NCBI GenBank assembly: GCA_964016885.1
Contig: OZ024741.1
Location: forward strand, 378,324,001-378,388,000
Direction: 5' to 3'
Length of the DNA: 64,000 bases
From: Eledone cirrhosa
Taxonomy: Eukaryota
The position numbers and the translations under genes were made by a program. Positions within the stretch are counted from its first letter, which is position 1. Every line of letters starts with the position of its first letter. Shown in pieces: positions 27,364 through 42,161 of this stretch. The notes beneath the pieces were generated by a model. It saw only the letters and a program-made list of their open reading frames with translations. It searched no databases and was not told the origin of the DNA.

Positions 27364-30109
27364 AAACATCAATAGTGATTTGCAACTGATCATTAATCTC
27401 ATAAGATAAAAAATGACCGATATATATATATAATGCACATATTGTTCATGATATATAATTTTCTAACATTTTCTTTATCTAATAAAATATATATTTTTTA
27501 TACGTACAATTGTTGTGTCTTGTATTCTTTTCTTCTTCTGTGGACAATAATAGTATTTGCTTTTCATATTCATTAAAACAAAACTTATTTTCTTTAATAT
27601 GTTTTAAATGCTTGAGAACTATGAATGTCCTAGAACTATGAAGGTTTTTGACATTCACTGAATAGGAAACAGCGGTAAAAACACGGCAATATATTTTCAG
27701 TTTAGTGCTACAGCTGAAACACTGCTCGGACTTTGGTGTAGAGTTTGCCATTTATTCCTCCCAATCAGTCTTTCGTTACTTACACCCCTTTTCCATATAC
27801 TCCTTTCAGTTTATCGTTTCCCGCTTCTTAATTGTAATTGATATAAAAAGAGCATACATATTGATTGAAATATATCCCACAGAGGGGATTTATGTAATAA
27901 CTATAAACGACATACGTAGTTAAATGTTCGAAAACAAACTCTTTTTCGATTAGCAAATTTAATTGGTACATACAAATATTTAATTTTTCAAGATATTCAA
28001 ACTGTAATAATAATGTTTGAGATGAATATAATATCAACTACTGTAAAATGACGACATTGTATACCGGATAAGGACCAACACTAGAACTATAGAATAACAA
28101 TTTTACAGATCCTTCCTGTGGGGTTAGTCACGTTTCTACTTTTAATGGCTATAAAAAAAACATTCATTAACAGCTACCAGACGGGTACAAGGGCCCTGGT
28201 AAATGTCCAATATAGGAATCTAAAGTGTTGAATCATGCCTTCTTTTTGTCGTTGGTTATGAGAGAGCGAGAATAGAAGAGAGAGACAGGGAAGCAGTGAG
28301 TGAGAGAGAAGACATGACCTGTTTCCGTTTGCCTACCTTATCCAATTACATATGCAGTGTCGGCTTAATCTTATAAGGAAAGTAGAAATACAGAATTTAA
28401 TTCATGCTGTTCGGCATATAAAAATGCTAACTACTTGAATTACGCTATTTATTCAAATCTAGATATTCGGTTTCATGAAATGCATAAATGAATCATGGAT
28501 ATCTAAAGCATTTCTGTGAACAGAAAAGCAGATGGATGCATTTCTTCTGAGGAGGGACATAATATTGGAGCCGTTCTGTTTTTCTGCCTTTGCAATTTGA
28601 TGGCGCATCCTATTACACACAAACTGCCAGCGATATCTTTTTTTCCAGTTGTATAATTATACGCGACGTTATAATGACACACATATATATGCTTATACAT
28701 AAAATGTAAGTATGTACATATCAGAATAATGAATGTATAACAGACGCACACATGCACATGCGCACACAAACACCCAAAAATAAACAGTCACCTACATATT
28801 GCTATATATCTCTCTATATATAATAATTAAAAATGTCCGATTGGTGTCAAAGACATAATACGCTTGATGCATCAATACATTACTTTGCAAATCTTGGATG
28901 TAAGTAAAATGTGAATTATAAACTATATGGGGGTGTACTTTTTTAACTTAGTTGTCTATCAGTACTGTTTCCCGAGTGATTTAACTGATCTCCATTATTC
29001 TGGTAAATAATCCAATAAACAAAACATATTACGTTCATTTAATTACAGTGGGCACCCCTTTAATTACTAATAATTGGTACATTGCAATACAGCTTGATAG
29101 TATGTAATAAATAATCTTTACTATACTATAGCATTATATGTCTTGCTTCTCTAAGAATATATTTAGCCATTTCTCTGGAATAGCATACCAAATCGCAAAG
29201 AGTGTTCAACAATATAACGCTATGTTAAATATAGAGGCACATATTAATCTTCAAGTTTTCTGACAGCAGTTTGAATTACTTGGGAAAATAGTGGAATTAT
29301 TTTCATTATTTTCATTAGGAAAAGTCATTAAACGATTATATATAAAATATACTTAGCACTTTCTCATTAACATTCCTATCAACAACAATTATTCATAAGT
29401 GGCTTCTGCACTTCTATAATGGTCGCTGATATGTTTGAGTATTAGACGAAGCTTGCTACTGATTTTTAATTGTCTCAATTTATATTGCGGGTAATTACAT
29501 CCAACCAGGATTCACTTCTGCTTTCACACTTTCAATATGAATAAAGTAAGAATGTCTACTAGTGGTGTCAAGAAAAATACATCATGGGTGATATATATAT
29601 ATATAAAATACGATGATTCATCTGATATATAGATTCATCGATATAAAACCTCCACGCGCTTCATAAAATTGTCTGGTAGTAAGAAGGAAATATATATCCA
29701 TATATGATAAACATTAACCCAAACCGCGTCTTGAATATTTATCTATGTATATAAAAAAATAAAATAACTTCATCCATCTCCAACAGTTTAAAACATAAAC
29801 CATAAAACGTACGTACACATCATACCCACATAAACAGACGTATACACAGACATTCCCATACAGATGAATTTACATACACATATACTTATGTATATATATA
29901 TACATGCACTCGCACACACAACCGCATGCGCACGCACACACACACACGTACACACGCACACACACGCAGACACACATACACACACACGCACACACACATA
30001 TATATATATATCATTTTGTACGGTTAATGCGCATTTTACAGTTAATATAATCTATGATGAAATACACAACCATTATCTATGAGTGTGTAAATGTGTGTTT
30101 ATAAGTATA

Positions 30110-30450
<341 letters not shown>

Positions 30451-30673
30451 ATACGTTGTTGACACCCCCCACACCTCATCCAAACCACTGTACCATAAGG
30501 AGAGTGGTTTAAGGAACTATTTAATTTACCCTTATTTAACATAAATCTTTCCAGGATTTCTAAATTGAAAGACACGTTATCTTCCTATGAAATGTTGTAA
30601 TGGTATTTCGCATGGCATACTGATGTACTGCAAACTAGAAATTATTCCTAAACATTAAACACATTATTAAATA

Positions 30674-30885
30674 TTAGCAGAGGTACCCGGCTTTGCACGG
30701 GATAAGGTATTTTGTAACGCGGGCCGCCAACAGAACTAATCGTGGAAAAAGTGCATGCATGGACAATATGTAAAGAAAATAAACCGAATATTCTGATTGC
30801 TGGATAATCTTTAAGATGTTCCTCGTTGAAGCAGGAAAAATGCAGGTTTTCACCTAGGGGATCAAGAAAATGAATTTGTTTTACA
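30674..30885 (-). mobile_element. Helitron 3' end fragment
   Basis: Minus strand cccgtgcaaagccggg hairpin followed by CTAA; near-identical to 32876-33095. Confidence 0.75.
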
Positions 30886-30939
30886 ATTATTATTATCATT
30901 CGCCCACATATTTCTGAGAGGATTGTAGAGGGAGAGTCC

Positions 30940-31520
30940 ATCCAGCAGGTCCTATCAGAAGCAACCATCTATAAATAATTCGGCTGGATCCCCAAACAAA
31001 TCCAACCCAGCTCATTGATTTTATCCAACCATCCTGCTCGTGATGTATCTTTTGGTCTGGTTGGCTTTACCCGTAAAATTTGTGGAACCCTTCTGTTTTT
31101 AGACATTCTAAATCCATGCCCGTAGTAGCGGAGCTGTGGTTTATCAATTTAGAGACGAAGCTCTACCTAGAGCGACTCTCTGATCCCCGATCTATACACC
31201 GTATCAAGTAAAATTATTGTAAAGACCTTTGAGAGAAACCCCATCTCAGCCGCTTGTATTCGCGATCATTTCACAAGATTCACGACCATAGGTAAGGGTA
31301 AGAACAAACATCGAATTGAAGATGATAAGTTTCGCTTTATCACCTAGCTCCTTTCTTCTTACTGCGCCTTCTCCAGCAATTCTTGCATTTAATTCAGGCT
31401 TCTAACGTCGTGAAAACGGCCCTGAGATATTTGAACTCCTCCACCCGCTTTTGTGGAGCACCACTTAAATTTAGAGTGTACTGTGCAATCTTTCTTGAGA
31501 AGACGAATGTCACTCTTTGC
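30940..31520 (-). mobile_element. RTE-like LINE 3' remnant
   Basis: Minus strand gives QLRYYGHGFRM and IQAAEMGFL, typical of the RTE C-terminal region. Confidence 0.7.
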
Positions 31521-31682
31521 AATATTCGGCAAGAAACCTATCCAGAATTTTCTGCAGTCCCATAACAAAATAGACGAACGTACGGGGTCGATGAAATAAA
31601 GCACCAGTAATGCACTGGGGTTGATATAATCGACTTTCTCCTCCCCAAACATTGCTGGCCTTGTTCCTATAGTAAAAATCAT

Positions 31683-31813
<131 letters not shown>

Positions 31814-31849
31814 TATATAGAGAGAGAGAGCGAGGGTTACTCCACCACA

Positions 31850-32790
31850 AACCATCATCGAGATCACGTGTTTCACGCAAAGGATATTTCAACTCGTGTA
31901 TGGTCATAGTGGGAACGAGCCAGATGTCGGTACTTGAATGACAAGGGAGACAACTCAATTAGACTGTTGCTGGAGTTGGTGGCGAGGGGGCCTGTAGTTT
32001 CCAGTCTTTGTTGAGAGCAGAAAGCTTTCAATAGGCCATTTTCACCACACAGGTAGCAACAAGAACATTTGCGCTCAATCATAACATACAACTCCACTCC
32101 ACCTTGTAAGCAAATAAAGTATGGGATCTTATCGATCTTGTCTCGTTTGATGTGGAAAAACACTTCCACTGATCCACAACCACTTTTCCTGCCAGGTTCT
32201 CTTCACCATGAGGAGGATGTTACTGCCCACCAGAAACATGCAGGCCAGGATGCACCAGATATTGAACTATGGCAGGATTCCTGTAGTATTGACCTTCACA
32301 GCCCTTGTCTCCAAATACGCTGGTTAGAGAATGTATTGCTATTCGATAGACCACAGACTGTTGTACAGGCAAGACTTCACTTTTAAAGAGCACTTAAATA
32401 GTTCCAAATTACCTGGCTCTAGCAATGTGTTTGATGTCCAGCAAGTAGTCTCTCTACCTCTTGTGTGGGAGCTGCCTGCAGCCGTCTGATTGTTACCAAA
32501 GTTTTTGCCGGTTGCTGCAAACATGTCGGTAAGGACATCTACGTCGAGCAAAGTTTTGTCTAATTTTACAAGTTTGGCTACTTGTGCCAAACAAGAGTCT
32601 TTGACTATTAAGTCTATATTAAATAGTTATGTAGCTTTTGCAGCTGTTACAGCAAATATTTTATTGTCGTTGTTGATGTTGTTATTGTTTCTTTTGTTTT
32701 TATGTTTGCATTGTATTTTTGTAGTTGTGATGGTAGTGGCGGGGGTGACGGTAGTTCTAGTACTGTTGTTTCTGGTCTTGTATTGGGTCG
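31850..32790 (-). mobile_element. L1/Tx1-like ORF1 remnant (same type as 17330-22295)
   Basis: Zinc knuckle CYLCGENGLLKAFC, preceded by a (CAA)-rich 5' segment. Confidence 0.7.
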
Positions 32791-32875
32791 TCAAGTATGA
32801 AATTTGTAGAAAAAAGACACATGTTTACACATTTCTCACTTGACGCCCCAATACCTATGTTAGGAATATTAATAA

Positions 32876-33774
32876 CAAGCAGTGGTACCCGGCGTTGCAC
32901 GGGATAAGATATTTTGTAAGGCGGGCCGCCAGCAGACCTAATCGTTGGAAAATTGCATGCGTGGACATTATGTAAAGAAAATAAACCGAATATTCTGATG
33001 GCTAGATAATCTTTAATATTTTACGCGATGAAGCAGGAAAAATGCAGGTGTTCACCTAATGCGGGCCCTAGGGGATCAATAAAATGAATTTGTTTTAGGC
33101 GCATAGTATGCCTTGAAATTTCGGGAAAATCGGCTAGACGTAACGCCTCAAAAAATCCCTAAAAAGCTGAACAATTAAGTTTTTCACTTAATGCGGGCCC
33201 TAGGCCATAACAGGTTGGAGTATCTTTGCTCACAGTATGAAGAAGAGACTGACTAATACATAGTTACAATTTCAAGGAAATCAGTCTGACGTAACGTCTA
33301 AAAATATCACCTAAAAACCGGAATAAAAGGCATCAAGGGGATCAACAAGTTGAATTTTTGTATGTGCATAACACTCCCTGAAATATAAGTAATACACATG
33401 AAAAAAAGTCGTTTGGGTACTTCTCGAGTTTTAGGGATTCAAACTCACAGACACACACACAGACAGAGATCCTCAGGGAAGTGACGTAAGGCACACAGTC
33501 AAACATACAGACAGATATTATAAGGGCGTAACGTTATATGTATATATCTATCTAAAAAGAGAAATACTAAGAATAATAGAGAGAGATTGATAAATCGCAT
33601 AATGCGGCATTGAACATTTGGACGGCATTTGGAATTTGTTTTGCTCAGAATACTCCCTGACACATAAATATAATATGTGCAAAGTTTGAAAACAGTCGCT
33701 TGGGAGTTTCTCGAGTTTTAGGGATTCAAACTCACACACACACAAACATACATCCTCAGTTTTATATATATAGA
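32876..33774 (-). mobile_element. Non-autonomous Helitron
   Basis: Minus strand 5' TCTATATATATAAAACTGAGGATG; 3' cccgtgcaacgccggg hairpin then CTTG; inserted between A and T. Confidence 0.8.
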
Positions 33775-34184
33775 TATAAAATAGTACAATATTTTCTCTA
33801 AAAATATGAGATAGAGGAAAATATTTTATAATAAATTATGACATATTTTTATTTTACAATTCAAATGTAATACGTTAAAAACATGACACTCTACGTACCA
33901 CCGTCTATTAATCTACCCACCACCCTTTATCTCCAATTACACACACATACGTGTGCTCACAGACACCGACGCACACAGACTTATATATATAGAGAGAGAG
34001 AGATAAGCATACATATATATAATATATACCCACACACATACATATATATATATATACATATATAAATATATATATATATCATCTTGACCGACCAGACTGC
34101 CGGGCGCCAATTGGCGCCGCTGGTCACAGCACGTCGTGCTGTTTTAGCCATAAGATAACGCCATCCCACTGGCTGGGAGGCCGC

Positions 34185-34331
34185 GACTCATTTCTACAGC
34201 TGAGTAAACTGGAGCAACGTGAAATAAAGTGTCTTGCTCAAGGAAACAACACATCACCCGGTCCGAGAATTGAACTCGCAACCTTTCAATTGCAAACCCA
34301 ATGCTCTAACCACTAAGCCATGCGGCTTCAC
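34185..34331 (-). mobile_element. Second tRNA-derived SINE family (CORE-like)
   Basis: Minus strand: tggcttagtggttagagc (A-box), gagttcaattctc (B-box), ccttgagcaagacacttta. Confidence 0.8.
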
Positions 34332-34364
34332 ATATATCTATCTATATACATATGTATGTATGTA

Positions 34365-34419
<55 letters not shown>

Positions 34420-34724
34420 AAATTAGGATTTAAGATTTACCTTCGAACTTTGCTGTATACAAATTATTGCTTGAATTTCGTATTTCTAAAGAATTACTGA
34501 ATGTTTAGAAATACATATTTAGAAAGCCGTAGGTATGTATAACACACTGCTAGCTAACGTCACCAGGCGGCGTTCCGCTGAAGCAAGGGTGACAATCTTC
34601 AATGCATTTTGATGACAAATGGTACTTGTTAGGATGATCTCTCCAGCTCTTGCAACTGCCGCACTTTGAAAACAGGCGAAAATACATAGTTCTTCGTCTG
34701 TGTAAATGAGGTGATTAATCTCAT

Positions 34725-34931
34725 TTTCATATGAAGCTGTATAAGATGGCTCAACAGCCTAGTGGCGTTATCTGCCAGTGTTTAACATAGCTATGTCTTT
34801 CTAAATGTTTATTTATAAACATACATTATTTTTTTAGACATTCAAATAAATATTTATATACAGCTATGTTCGAATCTAAATCCTAATTCTATTGTATTAT
34901 AAGTTCAGCCACTTATACAGTTTCATATGAA
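34725..34931. repeat. Imperfect palindrome / MITE-like element
   Basis: ttcatatgaagctgtataagatggctcaac pairs with gttcagccacttatacagtttcatatgaa; inner arms aacatagct.../...agctatgtt. Confidence 0.65.
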
Positions 34932-35397
34932 TAGTCAATGATTTGTTACCCTTAATGATGACCATAACCACCTGATATGTTTTGTTTTCACAAAAGACAC
35001 TAAAAACTATCAGTTCCAAAACGGTTCTCTTAATTTGAGGAGCCTCTTGAAAAGCTGTTGCCTAAGAGCTATGGGTGCCGTAGAGTATCCAAAACTTCAA
35101 ATCACATGGCAAAACTGCTGTCTGGATACTGAAGCAAAATAAGCTAACGTTTCATGTAAATGTCTCTTTCCACTTATACTTACATAACACACACACACAC
35201 GCACACACACTCACACACTACACACACACACATTCAAACAGTCTAGTTCTCAAGAAAGATGATGAATAAAATTACCATAGCACTTAATTTTAAATCTTTA
35301 TTTTTTTGTTTTTAATTCTTTTTAATTGTAATACTCAACATGTGATAAGGTGAATTTTACAAATACTTCGAACCCGGTAATATTTTATATACATTAT

Positions 35398-35560
35398 AGT
35401 CGGACGCCATGCTTTGCAGCATAGTGTTTCCCTCCTTTTTGATCTGAGTTCAAATCCCGCCGAGGTCAACTTTGCCTTTTATTCTTACGGGGTTGATTAA
35501 ATAAAGTACCAGTAATACACTGGAATAATTGCTGGCTTTGTGCCAAAAGTAGAAACAATT
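35398..35560 (+). mobile_element. tRNA-derived SINE
   Basis: B-box, core and agaaacaatt tail. Confidence 0.85.
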
Positions 35561-35567
35561 ATATACA

Positions 35568-36424
35568 CTAGCTGACGTACCCAGCTTAGCCCGGGTACAC
35601 AGATGATAATAGAAGACAAGTAAAAGAGAAAATGACTGTATTGGCTCTTTGTCTGGTTACAGTATGAGGCGGGGCCGTGGGGTCTGTGTGATACGAAAAA
35701 CAGTAAAAAAAATCTTCCAGATATAACAGAGTCTTCGTTGTAACGTTTGTGCATAGTATATGAAGAATTCTAGGTGCTGCCACCTAGAATAGTGACCTCT
35801 AGGAGATGGTTCATCTTCTGCCTGACAGTAAAACGTGTATCATTGCATAGACGTGGTTGTCCAACGTTTCTCAAAAGGATGATGGAAGTTCTAAACTTTT
35901 ATATTATATGTAGATATAGATATAGATAATTAATATAAAAGATGATGCTCAGCCAGTTCGTCTTCAAACATCGCACCACAGCGCTGCTGCTTGGCTTCAG
36001 TGTTTCTGTGGCGCAGTTCAGCCTACTACTCTTCATTCATGGCAGCACGTTTTCGCCTCTGAAGTTCGGCGTTCCGATGGCGCTGTTCGATCCGTTTTTC
36101 TTCATTCCTGGCTAAACGCCGTCGCCGCTGTAGTTCACTGTTTAATAAAGGCGAATTGTTTTTACTTTCTGTGGAAGGCTGCACGCACTAACACACACAT
36201 AAACATACGCGCACGTACATACACACGCACCCATGGTGATAATTACAGCGTTCACTTTTCCTCTTTGTTTCTTACTCTCCCCTCTCACTCCCTTATTGGC
36301 ATTATGCATATTAATTTAAGTTTGGCGTCGTTGAGGTGGGCGAAATCGTTTGAAACCTATGAACCAATGATAATCGAGAATTATGGCACACGGAATAGTG
36401 ACATTGTTAAAATTAATATATAGA
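35568..36424 (-). mobile_element. Helitron-derived segment(s) with a Rep N-terminal-like coiled-coil remnant
   Basis: CTAG 3' end with cccggg hairpin at 35568-35596; TCTA 5'-like ends at ~35914 and ~36424; repeated SELQRRRRLARNEEKRIEQRHRNAELQRRKRAAMNEE. Confidence 0.55.
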
Positions 36425-36484
36425 TTAGGAAACTCTGTTTTAAAGAATTATCCCTCATTTTTTCAATATTGTCACTTTAACGAA

Positions 36485-37115
36485 TCAAAGAAAGTTAAAA
36501 AAAGAAAAACAGACCCTTAAGAGGGGAGAGGGAGACTGGGGTCCGAGCGGGGAGGGATGAAGGTGGTGTGCGTGTATGTGTGAAGGTGTGTGTGTGTCTG
36601 TGGGGATGTGAATGTGAGAGTCGGGGTAAGAACAAGGTTCCATGTTCGGGTAATAGGGAAAATGGTGTGTACACGTGGGGGTGTAAGTCGGTATGTGAGG
36701 GCGTGTTGATGTAGATGTGTCAGGGGGAGGAGGCGTGGGGACTCTGGAGGCTGAGTGTGTGTATGTGGGGATACGCACGTGTGTGTGTGCTTATATGTGG
36801 TGTGGATGTGTGGTGGCGTGTTGCGAAGATAGTGTAAGTATTTGTGAGTTGCTGCGGTTTTTCCACGGACTATCAGATCAGATGTTGTAGATTCAGAGTG
36901 TTGCAGGATGGATAGCTGGAGCGATGGGACAGTGGTGTAAAATCCTGGTATGGTACTGATGTAGTGGAGGTTTGTGGGGTGCGTGCACAACAGGAAGTGG
37001 TCAGGGGGTCAAGGCAGGGCGAAGGAGGTGGGAGGAAGGAGATAGCAGTAGGGAGAAGACAGCACGCAGTACTGTGGATGCTGACAGGTATAGAGAAGTC
37101 AGTATGTGGTGGCGA

Positions 37116-37151
<36 letters not shown>

Positions 37152-39960
37152 AGTTGCGGTGGATAGGGGAGGGGATGGGTAGGTGTGAAATGTGGAGGGA
37201 GAGGGCCGTGGTGTGGGGGGTTTGGTGTGCATATTAGTGGGGTGTATTGGTGGATTGGGAGAGAGAGAAGGTGTTGGGGACGGTAGGAGTGAGTGTAGTG
37301 TACTGGTGTGTGTGCGTGTTTGGATACGAGTGTGTGCGTGAGTGTGGTAGAGTGGGTGTAGTTATTACTGGTGGTGGGGGATGGGCTGGGAGTGGAAGGG
37401 CCGTTAACACTGGAGAGTGTGTTAGTGTTGTTAGTATGGGATGTGTGTGTGTGTGTGGGGGGGGTGTCAAATGCTAAAGAAAGAAGGGTGGGGAGTTTAG
37501 GCCGGAGGTGTGTGTGTCTGTAAGATAAAGACAGTGTGTTGCTCGATCGTGAGGCTGGTGGAGGGGGTCCCATGGCATTGGATCAGGCCACAGACTGTGA
37601 GGTGGAGGGCGGAATGTCCAGGGGGAGCAAAGTGGCGGGCGATGGGGGAAATCCCGCCGAGACATATATCTCGGAGGTGCTACGTGAAGCGATCCGCCAG
37701 GCGTCGTCCAGTGTGTCCGACATAGGTTGCGCTCCACTCCGTGCAGCGAAGTCCTTAGACGGGGTTGGAGGAGGTGCGACGGAAGGCATGCCAGACAGAG
37801 AGAGAGAGAGTGGCCGTTGGGATCCTGGAAGGTTGTCGTGTTGGTGATGTGGGAGCAGGTGTGGAAGCCAGGTCTGCAACAGGGAAGGGAACCGGAGGGG
37901 GTATGGACGAGGAGGGAGCTGAGATTACGCGCGCGTTTGTAGGTTACGGAGGATGGGATGGGAAAATGGGGGAGGTGGTGGGGGCGGACTGCAGGCGTCA
38001 GACGAGACGGAGGCTGGTGCGGTGGAGGGTTGGTAGGTGAGGGGGAAGGTGATACGGTGGGTGGGGGTTGGAGGCGTGGGGTGAAGGTGGTGGAACGGTG
38101 GACAGTATGGGTGCGAGAGAGGGCGGCGTGGACGAGGGAGGTGGTGTAACCTCTCCAGATGAAATGGCTGACTAGAGAAAGGGCCTGGCACTCGAAGACA
38201 GCATCTCGGCTGCAGAGGCGGCGGATCCTGAGGAGTTGGGTGTAGGGAATGGAGTGTTTGGTGTGTGTAGGATGGAAGGAGGTGAAGTCGAGATAGGAGT
38301 GGGAGGAGGTGGATTTGAAAAAATGGGAGCTAACAAGGGAGCGGTGGGAGGGGTCGATGGCAACGCAGATGCCCTAGAAGTGGACGTGGGTGGTGGAGAT
38401 AGAGGTGGTGAAGTGAAGGGAGGGGGGAAGGAGCAGAAGAAGGAAAGAAAGGAGTCGAGCTGATTTCAGGCGTGGGTCGTGGCTCCGATGCAGTCGTCGA
38501 TGTAACGAACGCACAGTTCGGGCGTGGGGCCGGTGTACTGGTTAATGATTTGGGCCCCAACATGGCCAACGAAAAGGTTGGCATGGTTTGGGCCCATTTT
38601 GGGGCACATCGCCACCCCAGTGACCTGTTGGTGAAACTCATCCGAGAAGGAGAAACAGATAAGGGTGAGGACCAGCTCAGCGAGGAGAAGGGATGGGGGA
38701 TAGAGAGGGATGGAGCGGGGTGAATGTTGCGGTAGTGCTGGAGGACACGTAGGCCATCAGCGTGGGAGATGACTGTGTAGAGGCACTTAATATCTAAGGT
38801 GAAGAGGAAGGGGTGTAGGCCGGGTCGTATCGTGAGGGAGTCGAACAGGCGAGGCGCGTGGCTGGTGTCCGAGATATGGTAGGGGAAGGCGGTGACGAAG
38901 GAACGAGGATGGAGTCAAGAAAGCTGAGATGAGTTATGTGGGTCAGTTGCAAGCGGAGACGATGAGGCGGCCTGGGTTGTCGGGTTTGTGGATCTTGGGG
39001 ATTGAGCGCTCATGTGCGGAGAGGGGGAGCTCAGAGTGTATGGTGACAACAAGTGAGGATGGATGTTAGGTGCGGTGTGGGTGTGAGAAGGTAGAGGGTG
39101 GGTTTGCTGGAGGTGGGGTTGGTATGGAGGAGGGATATGTGTTATGTGTGTGAGACGGGGAGGGGAGGTTGTGGTGGGGGGTAAGGGATGGTCGTGATGG
39201 GTGAGATGGGTGTGAGGGTGTAAGGTTGTGGTGGGAAGTGAGTAGCTTAGGGGCTTTAGTGGGGGTGGGGAAGGAGAAGAGGTCGTGGTTGAGGTTGTGG
39301 ATGAAGTGGAAGATGAAGTGGGCGACGAGTTGGAGGCAGCTGATGTTCAGGTGGCTGAGTGGGAGGGTTGTGGTCGTGGTTGCGGATGGTGGAGAGAGAG
39401 GATCGGAGGGAATTGCGCATGAGGAGGCGCGAGGATCGGGTGAGGTGGCGTTGGATGGAGAGGGAACCGCATGAGGTGGATGTGTGGAAGTGCAGTCGGA
39501 AGTCAAAGGGGATGCGCTGGAGATGGAGGCAGTGGCTGAGGAAATCGATGACGTTGGAATGCCGGGTTTTTTCGAAGAGGAGGTAGGAGAGTTGGAGGGC
39601 CGAAGGGAGATATCAGGGTGGGAGGAGAGGGTGAGGAAATGTTTAAGGCGAGTGTGGAGTTGCTGGAGAAAGGATTTCAGTCTGGGCATGGTGGGTCTGC
39701 AGTGTAAAGCAAGGAGTGTGGTGGAAGAGAGGAGAAGTGTGTGGAGCAAGGGGGAAGTGGAACGAAAGGAGTGAGTCCAAAATGGATAAACAGAGACGGG
39801 GGAAGACAGTCCTGAGTCAGTTTCTCGATGCTTTGGTCCCTGCGGCTGGCTTACCGGTCGCTATCTTCAATTCGCAAAGCTGTCTAAACGTAAGTTCATC
39901 ACTCTAAGGGAAAATACACTATTGAGTGCTTAGCTGCACATTCCGATTGCATTCATTAGC
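36485..39960 (-). mobile_element. GC-rich Penelope-like element (Neptune-type), decayed RT + GIY-YIG
   Basis: LFTLDIKCLYTVISHADGL; VAMCPKMGPNHANLFVG; RYIDD (~38492-38507); YLDFTSFHPTHTKHSIPYTQLLRIRRLCS; HTCSHI linker; YVGHTGRRLADRFT*HLRDI; SGLN. Confidence 0.9.
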
Positions 39961-40008
39961 TTAACTGCACCCAGAGCTTCGATTATGCTGTATTTCCATT
40001 TATATATA

Positions 40009-41440
40009 TCTATATATATAAAACAGAGGATGTCTGTCTGTGTGTCTGTTTCCCTAAAACTCGAGAAGTACCCAACCGTTTTTTTTTTCAAACTTTACAC
40101 ATGTAACCCGTATGGCCCCGGATGTGTTTTGAGCAAAACAAAATTTCCAATTATGCTGACCTAGGGATCGAATTAGTGAAGTGGCCAATGTCTGGAGAGA
40201 AAGAAACGGAGAGGCGAAGTGAAGAAGTGGCTCTCTACTCCTCCCCCTCCTTCTCCCCATTCGTCACAGCATTTTTCGATAGAGGGGAGAAATGTGAACG
40301 AGTTACAGAGAGAAAGAGTGAGAGTGAAAGAAACAGACAGACTAAAAGAGGGGGATAGCGGGAGAGAGAGAGTGACAGACGCCATCTTTTGAGAGTTGGA
40401 TGGAATAATTATTGCGTGTGTGTGTACGTGCGTGCGTGTGTTTGTGTGTTTGTGTGCGTTTACATGCGTAAGTGTATATGTGTGCGTGAATGATTATAAA
40501 CTCTCTCACATGGTCTCATGGATTTAACCCTTTAGCATTTACAATACTCTATATATACTATATTATTTTCATGGTAAAGGCTTTATCTCACATAATATAA
40601 AAATATTAAGGCTTTATCTCACATAATATAAAAATCTCATAGATTTAATATTATATATTTTGAGAACAATACTTGAACCCTTTAGTATTAATGTGAGTGA
40701 GTTATAAAGAGACAGAGTGAGAGTGAAAGAAACAGACAGACTAAAAGAGGGGGATAGCGGGAGAGAGAGAGAGACGCTGGAAGAGGGGAAGGAAAGATAT
40801 ATGTCTTGCTCTCTGCATTACGATACATATATAGACGCACACACTGATCACATCATAATGACGTAATGCAGACAGGTAGACATACAAACAGATATTAAAA
40901 GGGCGCAACGTCCCTTTACGATCTGAGTTCAAATCCCGCCGATGTTGACTTTGCCTTTCATCCTTACGGGGTCAATAAAATAAAGTACCAGTGATGCACT
41001 GGGTATTTGCTGGCCTAGTGCCTAAAGTAGAAGCAATTATAAGGGCGCAACGTTATATCTATATATCTATCTAAAAAGAAAGACTAAGAATTATAGAGAG
41101 AGATCGCTAAATCACCTAATACGGTCCCTAGAGAATTGAAAATTTGAAATATTCTTTGCTCAAAACACTCACAGGAGCATAAGTATTACATGTGTAAATT
41201 TTGAAAACAATCGGTTGGGTGGTTCTCAAGTTTTAGTGAGCTGACAGACAGACAGACATACTCTGTTTTAGATATATAGATATATATATAATTATATATT
41301 CGTGTACAGATATTTTTGCATACAGAATAACATAATATAAATAAACGTATTTATTTCACGAGGCTCAATAAGGATAAATATATATCAACTATATAAGAAC
41401 CCTAGAGCAAATCCCGAGTAACGCCGGGCCATTCTGCTAG
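40009..41440 (+). mobile_element. Non-autonomous Helitron (composite, containing an opposite-strand Helitron 5' fragment and a SINE)
   Basis: 5' TCTATATATATAAAAC after an A; 3' cccgagtaacgccggg hairpin plus CTAG before a T; minus-strand TCTATATATCTAAAAC start at 41280. Confidence 0.8.
40912..41040 (+). mobile_element. 5'-truncated SINE with 13-bp target-site duplication
   Basis: aagggcgcaacgt at 40899-40911 and 41041-41053; the homologous empty site is at ~33522. Confidence 0.88.
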
Positions 41441-42161
41441 TATATATATATATGAAAATGTTTAACCTCGACGGCAGAGCTCAGGCCGTTTCGACGGCTA
41501 TTTCAGGACTAAATCAGAATTGTTAGCGTTGTAAATAAATAGCCGAACTTTTATGTGGGAAGATTTTAGTTGTCAAAAAGATTGGTCAAAATTTCTTCTA
41601 AACACAATTAAGTCTATCATGGCAGTGGGTGGGAGGCGGGGGAGGCTGAACTTGCCTGAATGACAAGGAGGGAGTGGATGGTCCCGGTCAAGCGTTGAAA
41701 GTGAATTCTATACAGCAAATTCTAAGGAATGTGTATGAAACTAGGCTAGAGGGAATATGGAGAAAATAGAGAAGGCACGTTATAGAATAGGTAAATTAAT
41801 TGGGATTAGAAGATAATAAATGAATTAACAAAAAATATATAAAAATATAAAATTGGATAGTAAGAAGTGATAACAAATTTCTAGAGTCTAAGACAGCTGC
41901 TATATTTAGTTGGTGTTGTGTATTCAGCGAATGCTATACACTAGTTAAATAGGTTGTGGATAGATGATACTAAATTAATAACAAATTTATAAAATTATAG
42001 AATTGGGTAGTAAAAATTTATACAAAATATCTGGGGTCTAAAACAGGTACTATAATTTGTTGGTATTTCGTTGTCGGCCAATGCGATCTATGATTTACTG
42101 GGACATTTGTAAATTTCCGGTTAGTTGGTTGGTACCACAACCGGACGTTTGTTCATATATT

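Noticed and set aside
36848-36885. Hammerhead in the Neptune 3' UTR (ctgatagtccgtggaaaaac)
   Set aside because: The core is too degenerate to support.
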